A stretch of DNA of 64,000 bases from an uncultured SAR86 cluster bacterium (GCA_902625415.1 CACOBG010000005.1:43002-107001); one strand, 5' to 3'; counted from the first letter of the stretch, positions 9,161-17,613 are shown. Program-made: numbers and translations. The notes: a model not told the origin generated them from the letters alone.

Positions 9161-9997
9161 ATGTTTAAAGTTTTCAAAAATTTTGATGGTAACGATATTG
9201 CCGGCTCCATCTATGGTGAAGAATCTGATTCTCTAGTAATTTTTTTGCATGGCGGTGGTCAGACTAGATTCGCTTGGGACAATGCAGCAGAAAATATTTC
9301 AAAAAAAGGCTTTCAAGTTATTACTTATGATCTAAGAGGGCATGGAGATAGTTTTTGGTCAGAAACAGGAGACTACAAGATTCATGATCATAAAAAAGAT
9401 TTGATCTCGATTATTAAACATTATGATAAGCCTGCAAATTTGGTTGGCGCTTCCCTTGGAGGAATGACGTCCTTATCTTTGGCCGGAGATCCGGATTATT
9501 CAAGTTTATGCAAAACGCTCACGATGGTAGATATAGGCATTTATCCTAATCAAGATGGTTCGGATAGAATTGTAGAATTTATGAGATCTGCCGAAAATGG
9601 ATTTTCGTCTTTAGAGGAAGCTGCGGACTATATATCTGATTTTTTACCACACAGAGAAAAACCAAAAGACTTAAGCGGATTGCATAAAAACCTTAGAAAA
9701 AAGGATGACAAGTATTACTGGCATTGGGATCCAAAATTCCTTCAAGGCAGACATGGCCAAGATATAAAAGAATATTTTGGCCATTTGGAAAAAGCTGCAA
9801 ATTTTTTAAATATTCCTACTTTGTTAATAAGAGGGGGACTTAGTGACGTTTTAACAGAGGAAGATAAAGATTATTTCTTAAAAGTAGTTTCTCACGCAGA
9901 ATTTGAAGAAATTAGCAATGCAGCGCATATGGTAGCAGGCGATAAAAACGATATTTTTTCAAAGGCCGTTGAAAGGTTTTTAGTAAAAAACAACTAA
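9161..9997 (+). CDS. alpha/beta-fold hydrolase
   Basis: HGGGQT oxyanion region, nucleophile elbow VGASLGGM and a late NAAHMV histidine. Confidence 0.8.
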   Translation: MFKVFKNFDGNDIAGSIYGEESDSLVIFLHGGGQTRFAWDNAAENISKKGFQVITYDLRGHGDSFWSETGDYKIHDHKKDLISIIKHYDKPANLVGASLGGMTSLSLAGDPDYSSLCKTLTMVDIGIYPNQDGSDRIVEFMRSAENGFSSLEEAADYISDFLPHREKPKDLSGLHKNLRKKDDKYYWHWDPKFLQGRHGQDIKEYFGHLEKAANFLNIPTLLIRGGLSDVLTEEDKDYFLKVVSHAEFEEISNAAHMVAGDKNDIFSKAVERFLVKNN

Positions 9998-10035
9998 TAA
10001 AGGATATTTGATAACATTATTTTTGGAGAACAAAC

Positions 10036-10719
10036 ATGTTATGGCTAAAAACTTTCTTTGGGATACTTTTTCAAACCGGATTGTTGGGTATTTTTTTATA
10101 TTTACCTGCTTTAACACTAAATTGGCCCGAAGCTCTTTTGTTTCTCTGTATTCATTTTTCGATAACAATCTTGGCCTCCTGCTACTTGCTTATTCGAAAG
10201 CCTGAAAGTATCCAAGCACGTTTAAATTATGATTCTAAAGCTCAACCTAAAGAAGATAAGTTGGCGACAACCCTAATGTTTAGCGCAATTATTTTTGGAC
10301 TATGTTTGGCTCCAATTGATATTTTTCATTTTAACTTATCTCCTTCTTTTGAAGGCATGGTAAAAAATATTGGCCTTTGCATTTATATTTTTGGATTATT
10401 TTTGTTTATGGCCGCAATGAATTCAAATGAATTTGCAGAAACTACTGTCAATATTCAAGAAGAAAGAGGTCAGAAAGTTATAGATACAGGCATTTATTCC
10501 TTGGTGAGACACCCAATGTACACCGGTTTTATTTTTTTTATAACTGGAGTAAATGTTTGGTTAGGTACTTATCTATCACTTTTTCTAAGTCTGATTTTTT
10601 TAGCAATAGCTTTGAGATTCAGAATAAACATTGAAGAAAAAACTCTTCTTGATGATTTAGAAGGATATGAAGATTACTGTAAAAAGGTTAGAGCTAGACT
10701 CATCCCTTTTTTATTTTAA
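10036..10719 (+). CDS. isoprenylcysteine carboxyl methyltransferase (ICMT)/phospholipid methyltransferase-like membrane protein
   Basis: Polytopic. GIYSLVRHPMYTGFIFF is the family C-terminal motif. Confidence 0.7.
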   Translation: MLWLKTFFGILFQTGLLGIFLYLPALTLNWPEALLFLCIHFSITILASCYLLIRKPESIQARLNYDSKAQPKEDKLATTLMFSAIIFGLCLAPIDIFHFNLSPSFEGMVKNIGLCIYIFGLFLFMAAMNSNEFAETTVNIQEERGQKVIDTGIYSLVRHPMYTGFIFFITGVNVWLGTYLSLFLSLIFLAIALRFRINIEEKTLLDDLEGYEDYCKKVRARLIPFLF

Positions 10720-10782
10720 AAAATCGTTTAAATAAACGAGCAAAACAATTAAGCTTATCATTCTCAGTTTTTGGAATAAAAC

Positions 10783-11250
10783 ATGAATTTTTTTATTGAG
10801 TACTTTAATAGCATTGTTGGCGCATTGGCAGCAATTGGAGCTGTAGCTTCAATTTATTATTTAATACAAGAAATGAGAGAGCAAAATAGAGTAGCAAGAG
10901 CAAATGCTAGGCAGAATGTCGCTGATAGTCATCAAGAAATTGCTTTAGAAGGTATGAAAAAAAGCATGGTTAAGATTAAGTTAAAACTACGAAACGATGA
11001 GGAACTTACTCCTGAAGAAGACGCCAAATACATGTCATATTTCAGCATAATGTTACGGTCTAGAGAAAACCAACATTATCAATACACAATTGGAATGATC
11101 GATAAAGGAGAATGGGATAATTATAAAAGATCTTTCAAAACACTTTTTAAATCAAAATATCATTTGAAATTATGGTCTTTCATGAAAAATACATTTAATG
11201 ATAGCTTCGTTGAAGTTGTTGAGGAACTTATAGAAGATGACAATAATTGA
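10783..11250 (+). CDS. hypothetical N-terminally TM-anchored helical protein
   Basis: 155 aa. A single N-terminal helix (IVGALAAIGAVASIYYLI) is followed by charged helical sequence. Its stop overlaps the next gene's ATG by 14 nt. Confidence 0.5.
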   Translation: MNFFIEYFNSIVGALAAIGAVASIYYLIQEMREQNRVARANARQNVADSHQEIALEGMKKSMVKIKLKLRNDEELTPEEDAKYMSYFSIMLRSRENQHYQYTIGMIDKGEWDNYKRSFKTLFKSKYHLKLWSFMKNTFNDSFVEVVEELIEDDNN

Positions 11251-12325
11251 AGATCAACAGGCAAAATACCTGATTAAATCTCTGCAACATCACCCAAGCC
11301 CCTATTTAATTTTTTGTAAAGGTGACGGGGTGGAATGGATGAACCAATCTGCTCAATACGTTTTTGATACAACTGAAATAGGAGATATTGGTATCGCTCC
11401 AATAATATCTCACGGTACGTCGAAGAAAATAGAAGCAATAGGATCTTCATTTCAATCCGATCTTGAACTCTCATTAAGAAAAATAAAATTTTTTTTGAGA
11501 TCTCGAGTTCATGAAATTCCCTTAGACAAAGAAGAATCTTTCTTTTTGATAGAGGTGTTGGCTCAGTCAGAGGCAGCTTTAGATGCTTTGAAAAATACCA
11601 TTTCCTGTTTAGAAAATGATCGCATAGACATGGCTTACCAAAAACAATATGACCTTGATACAGGAGACTTAGTTAGTGTGGAAACATTACTAAGATTAAG
11701 AGATGAAAAAGGAGATATCATCCCAAATGATAAATTAATACCACTGGTTGAAGGAGAAAGCTTATTTTCTCTTGTAGTGCTTGCTTCCATGCAGAAGTTA
11801 AAAGAGATTTTTAAATTCAAGAAAAAGAAAAAATTAGATTTTACCGTTTATCTTAATGTTTCAGCTTATACAGCTATGCAAGAAAACTTTTGTAGTCTCA
11901 TTTTGGATTTTGTAAAAGAAAATAATCTTAATCCGGGGGACTTGGGGCTTGAAATCACCGAAACCGCAGAGCTTGAAGATAGGTCTAGAGCAGCAGAATA
12001 TTTTGAAAAGCTTAAAAAACACGGAATACCTCTCGCACTAGATGATTTTGGAGCGGGTTACTCTTCGTTAAGCTACTTGAGAGACTTGCCGATTACTTTA
12101 GTTAAGCTTGATAAGGATTTTGCTCGAACTGTTTCTGAACAAGATACACAAGAGCTTGTTAGATTTGTGGTAACAATTTGCAATAACATGGAGTTAGGTA
12201 TGCTAGCTGAAGGGATTGAAACTGAGGAACAACAGAAAACATTTTTAGAACTTGGTTGCCACAAAGGCCAAGGATACTTTCATCACAGACCTCAGTTTTT
12301 AAAAGATTTCAAGGAGGAATTTTAA
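11237..12325 (+). CDS. EAL-domain c-di-GMP phosphodiesterase with unassigned (PAS-like) N-terminal domain
   Basis: VETLLRL, LEITETAEL, LDDFGAGYSSLSYL, VKLDKDF, AEGIETEEQ and GQGYF; the catalytic EAL residues appear complete. Confidence 0.85.
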   Translation: MTIIEDQQAKYLIKSLQHHPSPYLIFCKGDGVEWMNQSAQYVFDTTEIGDIGIAPIISHGTSKKIEAIGSSFQSDLELSLRKIKFFLRSRVHEIPLDKEESFFLIEVLAQSEAALDALKNTISCLENDRIDMAYQKQYDLDTGDLVSVETLLRLRDEKGDIIPNDKLIPLVEGESLFSLVVLASMQKLKEIFKFKKKKKLDFTVYLNVSAYTAMQENFCSLILDFVKENNLNPGDLGLEITETAELEDRSRAAEYFEKLKKHGIPLALDDFGAGYSSLSYLRDLPITLVKLDKDFARTVSEQDTQELVRFVVTICNNMELGMLAEGIETEEQQKTFLELGCHKGQGYFHHRPQFLKDFKEEF

Positions 12326-13779
12326 TGGCTATTTCGGAAAAACCCTCCAAAGGTGCGGAAAAAATATTACTGGCACAAATTAAACAAGAGTTTGCAGCTC
12401 CTGCAGAAGCTATCGAGCAATACATTGATTTGGTAGAAGAGTTTGGCGTAAAAAATAACCTCAATATCAGTTCAGAAATAAGCCAAATAAAAGAAGCTGA
12501 AGATAAGCTTTTAAGCCAGTATGAGGATGCTTTTAGAGAAAATACAGCCGCAGACAAACAAGCCAAAACATCACAAGAATACTCAGAGCTTAGACATAAT
12601 CTTCGTACTCCTTTGAATGCAATAATTGGATATAGCGAAATATTAATGGAAGACTTTGAAGATGATTTATCTGAGGAGTGTCTTAAAGATTTAAATACAA
12701 TTTTAACTTTATCGAGAGAAACAGAAACGGCCATAGAAAGATTTGTGGATTTTATTAAAGGTGACTTAAATGAAAAAGCTGCTGAAGATTCTGAACAAGG
12801 CCAAATTCAGAATGCTGAATCTTTATTTAGATCTTTAGGAGACATAGATTACAGTTTAGATATAGATGATTATCTCAAAGGATCCGATGTGTTAATTGTC
12901 GATGATAACAAGACAAACTGTGAAGTTTTGGAAAGGAGACTAACTCAAAATGGGCTTTCTTGCAGAGTAGCTCTAGATGGGACAACTGCAATTAAAGAAG
13001 TGGATGCTAAGACGCCCGATCTTATTTTGCTAGATGTAATGTTGCCGGATATAAACGGACTAGAGCTCCTAAAAAGATTTAGGAAGAATCATGATAGAGA
13101 TGAGTTGCCAATCATTATGGTATCGGCATTCAATGATGTTGATAGCACAGCTAAATGTATAAAGTTAGGTGCCTCAGACTATCTTCCTAAACCATTGAAT
13201 GGAACCATTTTAATGGCGAAATCAATTGCCAGCTTGGAAGCAAAATATTTCAGAGCAAGAGAACAAGAACTTTTGAAGGAATTGAATCTCAGAGCAACAA
13301 CTTGCCCATTAACTGGAATTTATAACAGACAGGTTGTTTTTGACAAAATCGAGGAATGTTTCGAGAAATTGAAGCAAGAAAAAGATTATGAATTTTCTTT
13401 ACTCTCCATGGATATAGATTTTTTCAAATCTATAAATGACACTTATGGACACCCTGGAGGCGATGAGGTCTTAAAAGCAGTTGCTAACGGCCTGAGAGAT
13501 GCATGTGGTGAAAATGTTATCGGCAGAGTAGGTGGAGAGGAATTTATTGCAGTTTTAGAGAATAAAGAAGGAAAGAGTTTAAACGATTACTGTGAAAATA
13601 TTAGAAAGGCTGTGGTTGAACTATCAATTCCCTTCCAAGATGTTGAAATAAATATTACTATAAGTGGAGGAGTCATTAATTCATCTGAGGTTAAGAATCA
13701 AGAAGAACTTGTTAATCTTGCAGATGAAAGGCTCTATAAAGCAAAAGAGGGGGGAAGAGATCAGTTTATTTATAGCTGA
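12325..13779 (+). CDS. DHp(HisKA)-REC-GGDEF protein: diguanylate cyclase response regulator with N-terminal histidine-phosphoacceptor domain but no ATPase domain
   Basis: Start chosen at ATG 12325 (AAGGAGGA at 12311-12318; TAATG overlap with the EAL stop). H-box SELRHNLRTPLNAIIGYSEIL (His codon 12595-12597), REC (VLIVDDNK...DLILLDVMLPDING...KP) and GGDEF (RVGGEEF). Confidence 0.85.
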   Translation: MAISEKPSKGAEKILLAQIKQEFAAPAEAIEQYIDLVEEFGVKNNLNISSEISQIKEAEDKLLSQYEDAFRENTAADKQAKTSQEYSELRHNLRTPLNAIIGYSEILMEDFEDDLSEECLKDLNTILTLSRETETAIERFVDFIKGDLNEKAAEDSEQGQIQNAESLFRSLGDIDYSLDIDDYLKGSDVLIVDDNKTNCEVLERRLTQNGLSCRVALDGTTAIKEVDAKTPDLILLDVMLPDINGLELLKRFRKNHDRDELPIIMVSAFNDVDSTAKCIKLGASDYLPKPLNGTILMAKSIASLEAKYFRAREQELLKELNLRATTCPLTGIYNRQVVFDKIEECFEKLKQEKDYEFSLLSMDIDFFKSINDTYGHPGGDEVLKAVANGLRDACGENVIGRVGGEEFIAVLENKEGKSLNDYCENIRKAVVELSIPFQDVEINITISGGVINSSEVKNQEELVNLADERLYKAKEGGRDQFIYS

Positions 13780-13790
13780 AGGAGAGAGTT

Positions 13791-14156
13791 ATGAAAAAGA
13801 TTCTTTACGTTGAAGATAATGAAATGAATCGCGATATGTTAGGCAGAAGATTAACAAGAAGAGAATATGATGTCATTTTTGCTTTTGATGGTCAGGAAGG
13901 GCTTGATAAAATGAAATCGGAAAGCCCAGACTTAGTATTAATGGATATGGGTCTTCCTGTCTTGGACGGTTGGGAAGCTACTACTCAGGCAAAAGCTGAT
14001 CCAGAAATTTCTAATATTCCAATCATTGCTTTAACTGCTCATGCAATGGAGCACGATAGACAAAAAGCCTTGGAATGCGGAGCTGACGACTTTGATACAA
14101 AGCCCGTTGATTTTAAGAGGCTTTTAGAAAAAATCGAGTCAAATTTAGGCGCTTAG
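13791..14156 (+). CDS. single-domain CheY-like response regulator
   Basis: KILYVEDNEMNRDML, DLVLMDMGLPVLDGWE and FDTKPVDF; 121 aa with no output domain. Confidence 0.9.
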   Translation: MKKILYVEDNEMNRDMLGRRLTRREYDVIFAFDGQEGLDKMKSESPDLVLMDMGLPVLDGWEATTQAKADPEISNIPIIALTAHAMEHDRQKALECGADDFDTKPVDFKRLLEKIESNLGA

Positions 14157-17146
14157 CTCTTAGCTCCTAATAATTTAGTAACCATACCCGGAAGCTGATT
14201 AATAGATACCTCATCTTTTTTAACCAGCCCAGCAACATTTTTTCTTAAAAGTTCTTCTTGTACTTCTGATAGATCTTTCCCTGAATAAACAAGAATATTA
14301 GGTTTATCTTCAAAATCCATCTCAACAAAGTTTTCTAAAAATTCAAAACCATCCATGCGAGGCATTTCTAGATCTAGGACAATAAGCGCTGGATTTTTGT
14401 CCAAATTTTCAAGTCCTTCCTTTCCATCTCTAGCTAAGAAAGCTTCGTAACCGGCATCATTTAAAGCTCTCCCCAAAATGTCTCTTGTATTTGAATCATC
14501 ATCAACAACTAAGATTTTTTTATTTGTTGAGCTACCAAGCAAGTTCGTTACCATCTTAAGAAATTTATCTCGGTCAATTGGCTTGGTGAGATAGTCATCT
14601 GCTCCCAAAGAAAATGCTAAAGTTTCTTGCGACATTTGGGAAACCATTATTACCGGAATGTTTTTTATAGATTCATCAGATTTGCATTCTTTCAAGATAG
14701 ACCAACCATCTCTTCCCGGCATTAAAACATCTAATAGAATGAGTTTTGGTTTTGACTCTCTTATCATATTAAGGCCTTGTTCACCATTAGTTGCTCCAAT
14801 TAATGTCATGCCTGCTTTTTTTACTGTCCTTTTTATCAAGTCATGCATTGCTATATCATCATCAATGAGCACACATAAGTTTTCTCCCTCTAAGGACGAT
14901 ATCTCTTCATTTTCGAGTTCTTCAGATTCATCGCAGATTCTGGGAATAAAAATTGAAAATACAGATCCAACTCCTTTTTCACTAGATACTGTTACGCCAC
15001 CACCCATTAATTCAGCAAATCTTTTACTAATAGGCAGACCCAAGCCAGTTCCACCATGAGTTGCCGATGTAGATCTTTCAGCTTGCTCATATTCTTCGAA
15101 GACTTTCGCTACTCCTTCTTCGCTCATACCTTCACCATCATCAGTTACCTTGAATTCAATCATCTCAACTTCATCCTTCATGAAAGAATTAACATCCAAG
15201 GTTACAAGGCCATTATTTGTAAATTTGAAGGCATTGCTTAGGAAATTTGTCACACACTGCCTTAGCTTCGTTTCGTCTTGTGACATTGATCCTATAGCTT
15301 CTTGAATATTTATCTTGAAGCCATTGTCGTTTTTCGCTGCCAAAGGTGCATTTATATCCCTTAGAGTTTCAACCACTTTTTCAATTTCAAAGCTAGTGAT
15401 GAAAAGCTCCATTTTTCCAGACTCTATTTTTGAAAGGTCCAAAATATTATTAATGAGAGACAAGAGATGTGTTCCAGAAGTGGTAATCTTCTTAAGATCA
15501 GGCATTAAATCTTCATAACCTAAATCTTCGCACTCTTCATAAAGCATTTCTCCGTATCCTAAAATTGCATTCAATGGGGTTCTGAGTTCGTGACTCATAT
15601 TGGCAAAAAATTTACTCCTCTGTTCATTGGCCTCGAGCGCTTCATCTCGAGACTCCTCCATCTCTTTGGTTCTTGTGTCTATAAGAACTTGTACTTCATC
15701 TGCCATTCTTGTGAATGCAACTGTCATTAATTCAACTGAAGCTTCTTCTCCTTTATCCTGGGAGCTTTCTTGAGCTAGATTTTGCATTTTATTAATATCG
15801 TTAAGAATTAACGTTCTTGAATCTCCTTCAAGCTCATCGGCAAGAATACTCATTTTTTCTATGATCGCAGTATCCCTTTCTTTTCTTCTGCGTGCCTGTT
15901 CAGTTCTGATATTTTCCATCTCATTTAGATGGCCTCTGTAAATTTCTAGAGCCTTTGCAAGCTCACCAACCTCATCATTTTCAGATCTTAAAAGACCTTT
16001 TCTCTGCGGCATGGTTTTAGATAAGTCTCCACTGGTGAGAGCCTGTAAAACTTCAATTGCTTTATTTACCGATCCAAAAACATTAGCAAGAATTCCTGAA
16101 GTTAAAGCAATCACCAGAAAAATTACAATTGTAATTATTATGTAGATTGAATTTAAGATAGCATTCTCTTGAGCGATACTTTCGCTTTCATCTCTGAAAA
16201 TAAATAATTGTGCTTTATCTGATGAAAGGTATGAACTCAATGGAAGAAGTGTGATGAGGGATCCTAAGTCTGAATCTCTTGTAGAAGTTCTATTGCCAAA
16301 CTCTTCTAAGTTTGAATTTGCCTTATCAACATGACCTTTAATGTTGGTAATTCCAAAATTAGAAGTTTCGTCTAACTCCAAGCCCGACTCATATCTAGCA
16401 TAATCATCGCCCAATGAAATGATTCCTTCTTCTGTTTGCACTGCAGTAACAAGTTCAAATTCATCACCAAAGGTCTCCATAGACTTTCTTACATCTATTC
16501 CCATGACAATAATTGCTTCAGCATTTCTGCTAAAAGCTTTTATCGGGAAAGCCATCATTTGGTTTAGGGTAGAAATTTTTTCTCCAGACGAGTCTACGAT
16601 TTTTTGTAAAAATCTCCTTGGCCTCTTGCCTGCATCAATAAGAAATTCGTCAAGATTATTATCGTATTCATTTTTCGCTTGAGGACTACATGCATCTATT
16701 CCAGATAAGTCCAGTGCGCTAGAACAATAAAACCTTTGCCCATTTGGATAATAAGCTTTAATAAAACTTAAATTCCCTTCATCCAAATCAAATTCAAACA
16801 TCAGATCCAGGAGATATCCTGCTTCCCCAATGTTTTTATCCGTGATGAATTGGATTAACGGATTGGCATAATCGTCATCAGGCGAGGAAAGTTCCTCTTC
16901 AGGATATATAGGATTTTCGGGATCCCAAAAATTGCCTCTTTCTCCAGTTATTGGAAGCCAGGCAGAAATTGCGTCAATTGAAGTTTCGAGAGTCTGAAAC
17001 CATGCAGCCTCATACGTTGAAACCAAAGACTCATTAGCAAAACTTTTCTGTGTAGTATCCCTATAGTTGAACAAAAAAAATAAGGAAAGGGCTAGCAGTA
17101 AGTTTCCTGCTAGGCCAATCCCAATTAATACTGTTCTGATACGCAT
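14153..17146 (-). CDS. hybrid sensor histidine kinase (periplasmic sensor-HAMP-DHp-CA-REC-REC)
   Basis: Two TM helices flank about 300 aa. HAMP (DEVGELAKALEIYRGHL), H-box FFANMSHELRTPLNAILGY and G2 box HGGTGLGLPISKRFAELMGG. Two receiver domains (LILLDVLMPGRDG; LIVLDLEMPRMDG) and no Hpt domain. Confidence 0.9.
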   Translation of the reverse strand: MRIRTVLIGIGLAGNLLLALSLFFLFNYRDTTQKSFANESLVSTYEAAWFQTLETSIDAISAWLPITGERGNFWDPENPIYPEEELSSPDDDYANPLIQFITDKNIGEAGYLLDLMFEFDLDEGNLSFIKAYYPNGQRFYCSSALDLSGIDACSPQAKNEYDNNLDEFLIDAGKRPRRFLQKIVDSSGEKISTLNQMMAFPIKAFSRNAEAIIVMGIDVRKSMETFGDEFELVTAVQTEEGIISLGDDYARYESGLELDETSNFGITNIKGHVDKANSNLEEFGNRTSTRDSDLGSLITLLPLSSYLSSDKAQLFIFRDESESIAQENAILNSIYIIITIVIFLVIALTSGILANVFGSVNKAIEVLQALTSGDLSKTMPQRKGLLRSENDEVGELAKALEIYRGHLNEMENIRTEQARRRKERDTAIIEKMSILADELEGDSRTLILNDINKMQNLAQESSQDKGEEASVELMTVAFTRMADEVQVLIDTRTKEMEESRDEALEANEQRSKFFANMSHELRTPLNAILGYGEMLYEECEDLGYEDLMPDLKKITTSGTHLLSLINNILDLSKIESGKMELFITSFEIEKVVETLRDINAPLAAKNDNGFKINIQEAIGSMSQDETKLRQCVTNFLSNAFKFTNNGLVTLDVNSFMKDEVEMIEFKVTDDGEGMSEEGVAKVFEEYEQAERSTSATHGGTGLGLPISKRFAELMGGGVTVSSEKGVGSVFSIFIPRICDESEELENEEISSLEGENLCVLIDDDIAMHDLIKRTVKKAGMTLIGATNGEQGLNMIRESKPKLILLDVLMPGRDGWSILKECKSDESIKNIPVIMVSQMSQETLAFSLGADDYLTKPIDRDKFLKMVTNLLGSSTNKKILVVDDDSNTRDILGRALNDAGYEAFLARDGKEGLENLDKNPALIVLDLEMPRMDGFEFLENFVEMDFEDKPNILVYSGKDLSEVQEELLRKNVAGLVKKDEVSINQLPGMVTKLLGAKS

Positions 17147-17168
17147 TTACGCGTAAAAATTTAAGATC

Positions 17169-17552
17169 TTATTGAACTCGAAAAGATAATTTAACTTGCA
17201 CATCATTTACTTGGACAGGTACGCCTTCATATATTGGCGGCTGGTAAATCCACTTTCTAATAGATTTCATTGCTGCTCTATCAAAAAGTCCTGCAGGTTC
17301 TCCTTCTAAAACAAAAGGATCTATGACATCGCCATCAGCGCTGACATCGAATTCAACTATTACATAACCTTCTTTAGCAAGTCTCAAAGCTTTTCTTGGA
17401 TAGCTTGCAGGTGCTTGATATTGTCTTTCAACATCCATTTCGATGTTTTTTCCGTCGACAGTAATAAAGCCCTTATCAGCATGCATTAGGGAACTTAATC
17501 CCAAAAAAAGAATAGATAGAGACAATAATTTAATTCCTTTTTTAAATATCAT
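17169..17552 (-). CDS. secreted TonB C-terminal-domain-only protein
   Basis: Start moved to the ATG at 17552 (AGGAGA upstream). Signal peptide MIFKKGIKLLSLSILFLGLSSLMHA, then YPRKALRLAKEGYVIVEFDVSADGDV...FDRAAMKSIRKWIYQP (TonB_C). No TM anchor or Pro-rich spacer. Confidence 0.75.
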   Translation of the reverse strand: MIFKKGIKLLSLSILFLGLSSLMHADKGFITVDGKNIEMDVERQYQAPASYPRKALRLAKEGYVIVEFDVSADGDVIDPFVLEGEPAGLFDRAAMKSIRKWIYQPPIYEGVPVQVNDVQVKLSFRVQ

Positions 17553-17613
17553 TTTTAAATCTCCTAAGATTTGAAGTATTATAAACAAAAAACTCCATAA
17601 ATCATCTCACTTA

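Noticed and set aside
10724-10739. Palindrome TCGTTTAAATAAACGA after the ICMT-like gene as a terminator
   Set aside because: It is an AT-rich 7-bp stem with a 2-nt loop and no + strand U-tract. The T-run is on the - strand, where no gene needs terminating.
12256-12324. Longer start (12256) given by the ORF track for the DHp-REC-GGDEF gene
   Set aside because: It would overlap the EAL gene by 70 nt and adds a non-homologous basic peptide. ATG 12325 has an AAGGAGGA ribosome-binding site and a TAATG stop-start junction.
17553-17588. Upstream start for the TonB_C protein and, similarly, 53046-53060 for the GST
   Set aside because: Internal ATGs (17552; 53061) are preceded by clear ribosome-binding sites and give sensible N-termini (a signal peptide; the GST beta-1 strand).
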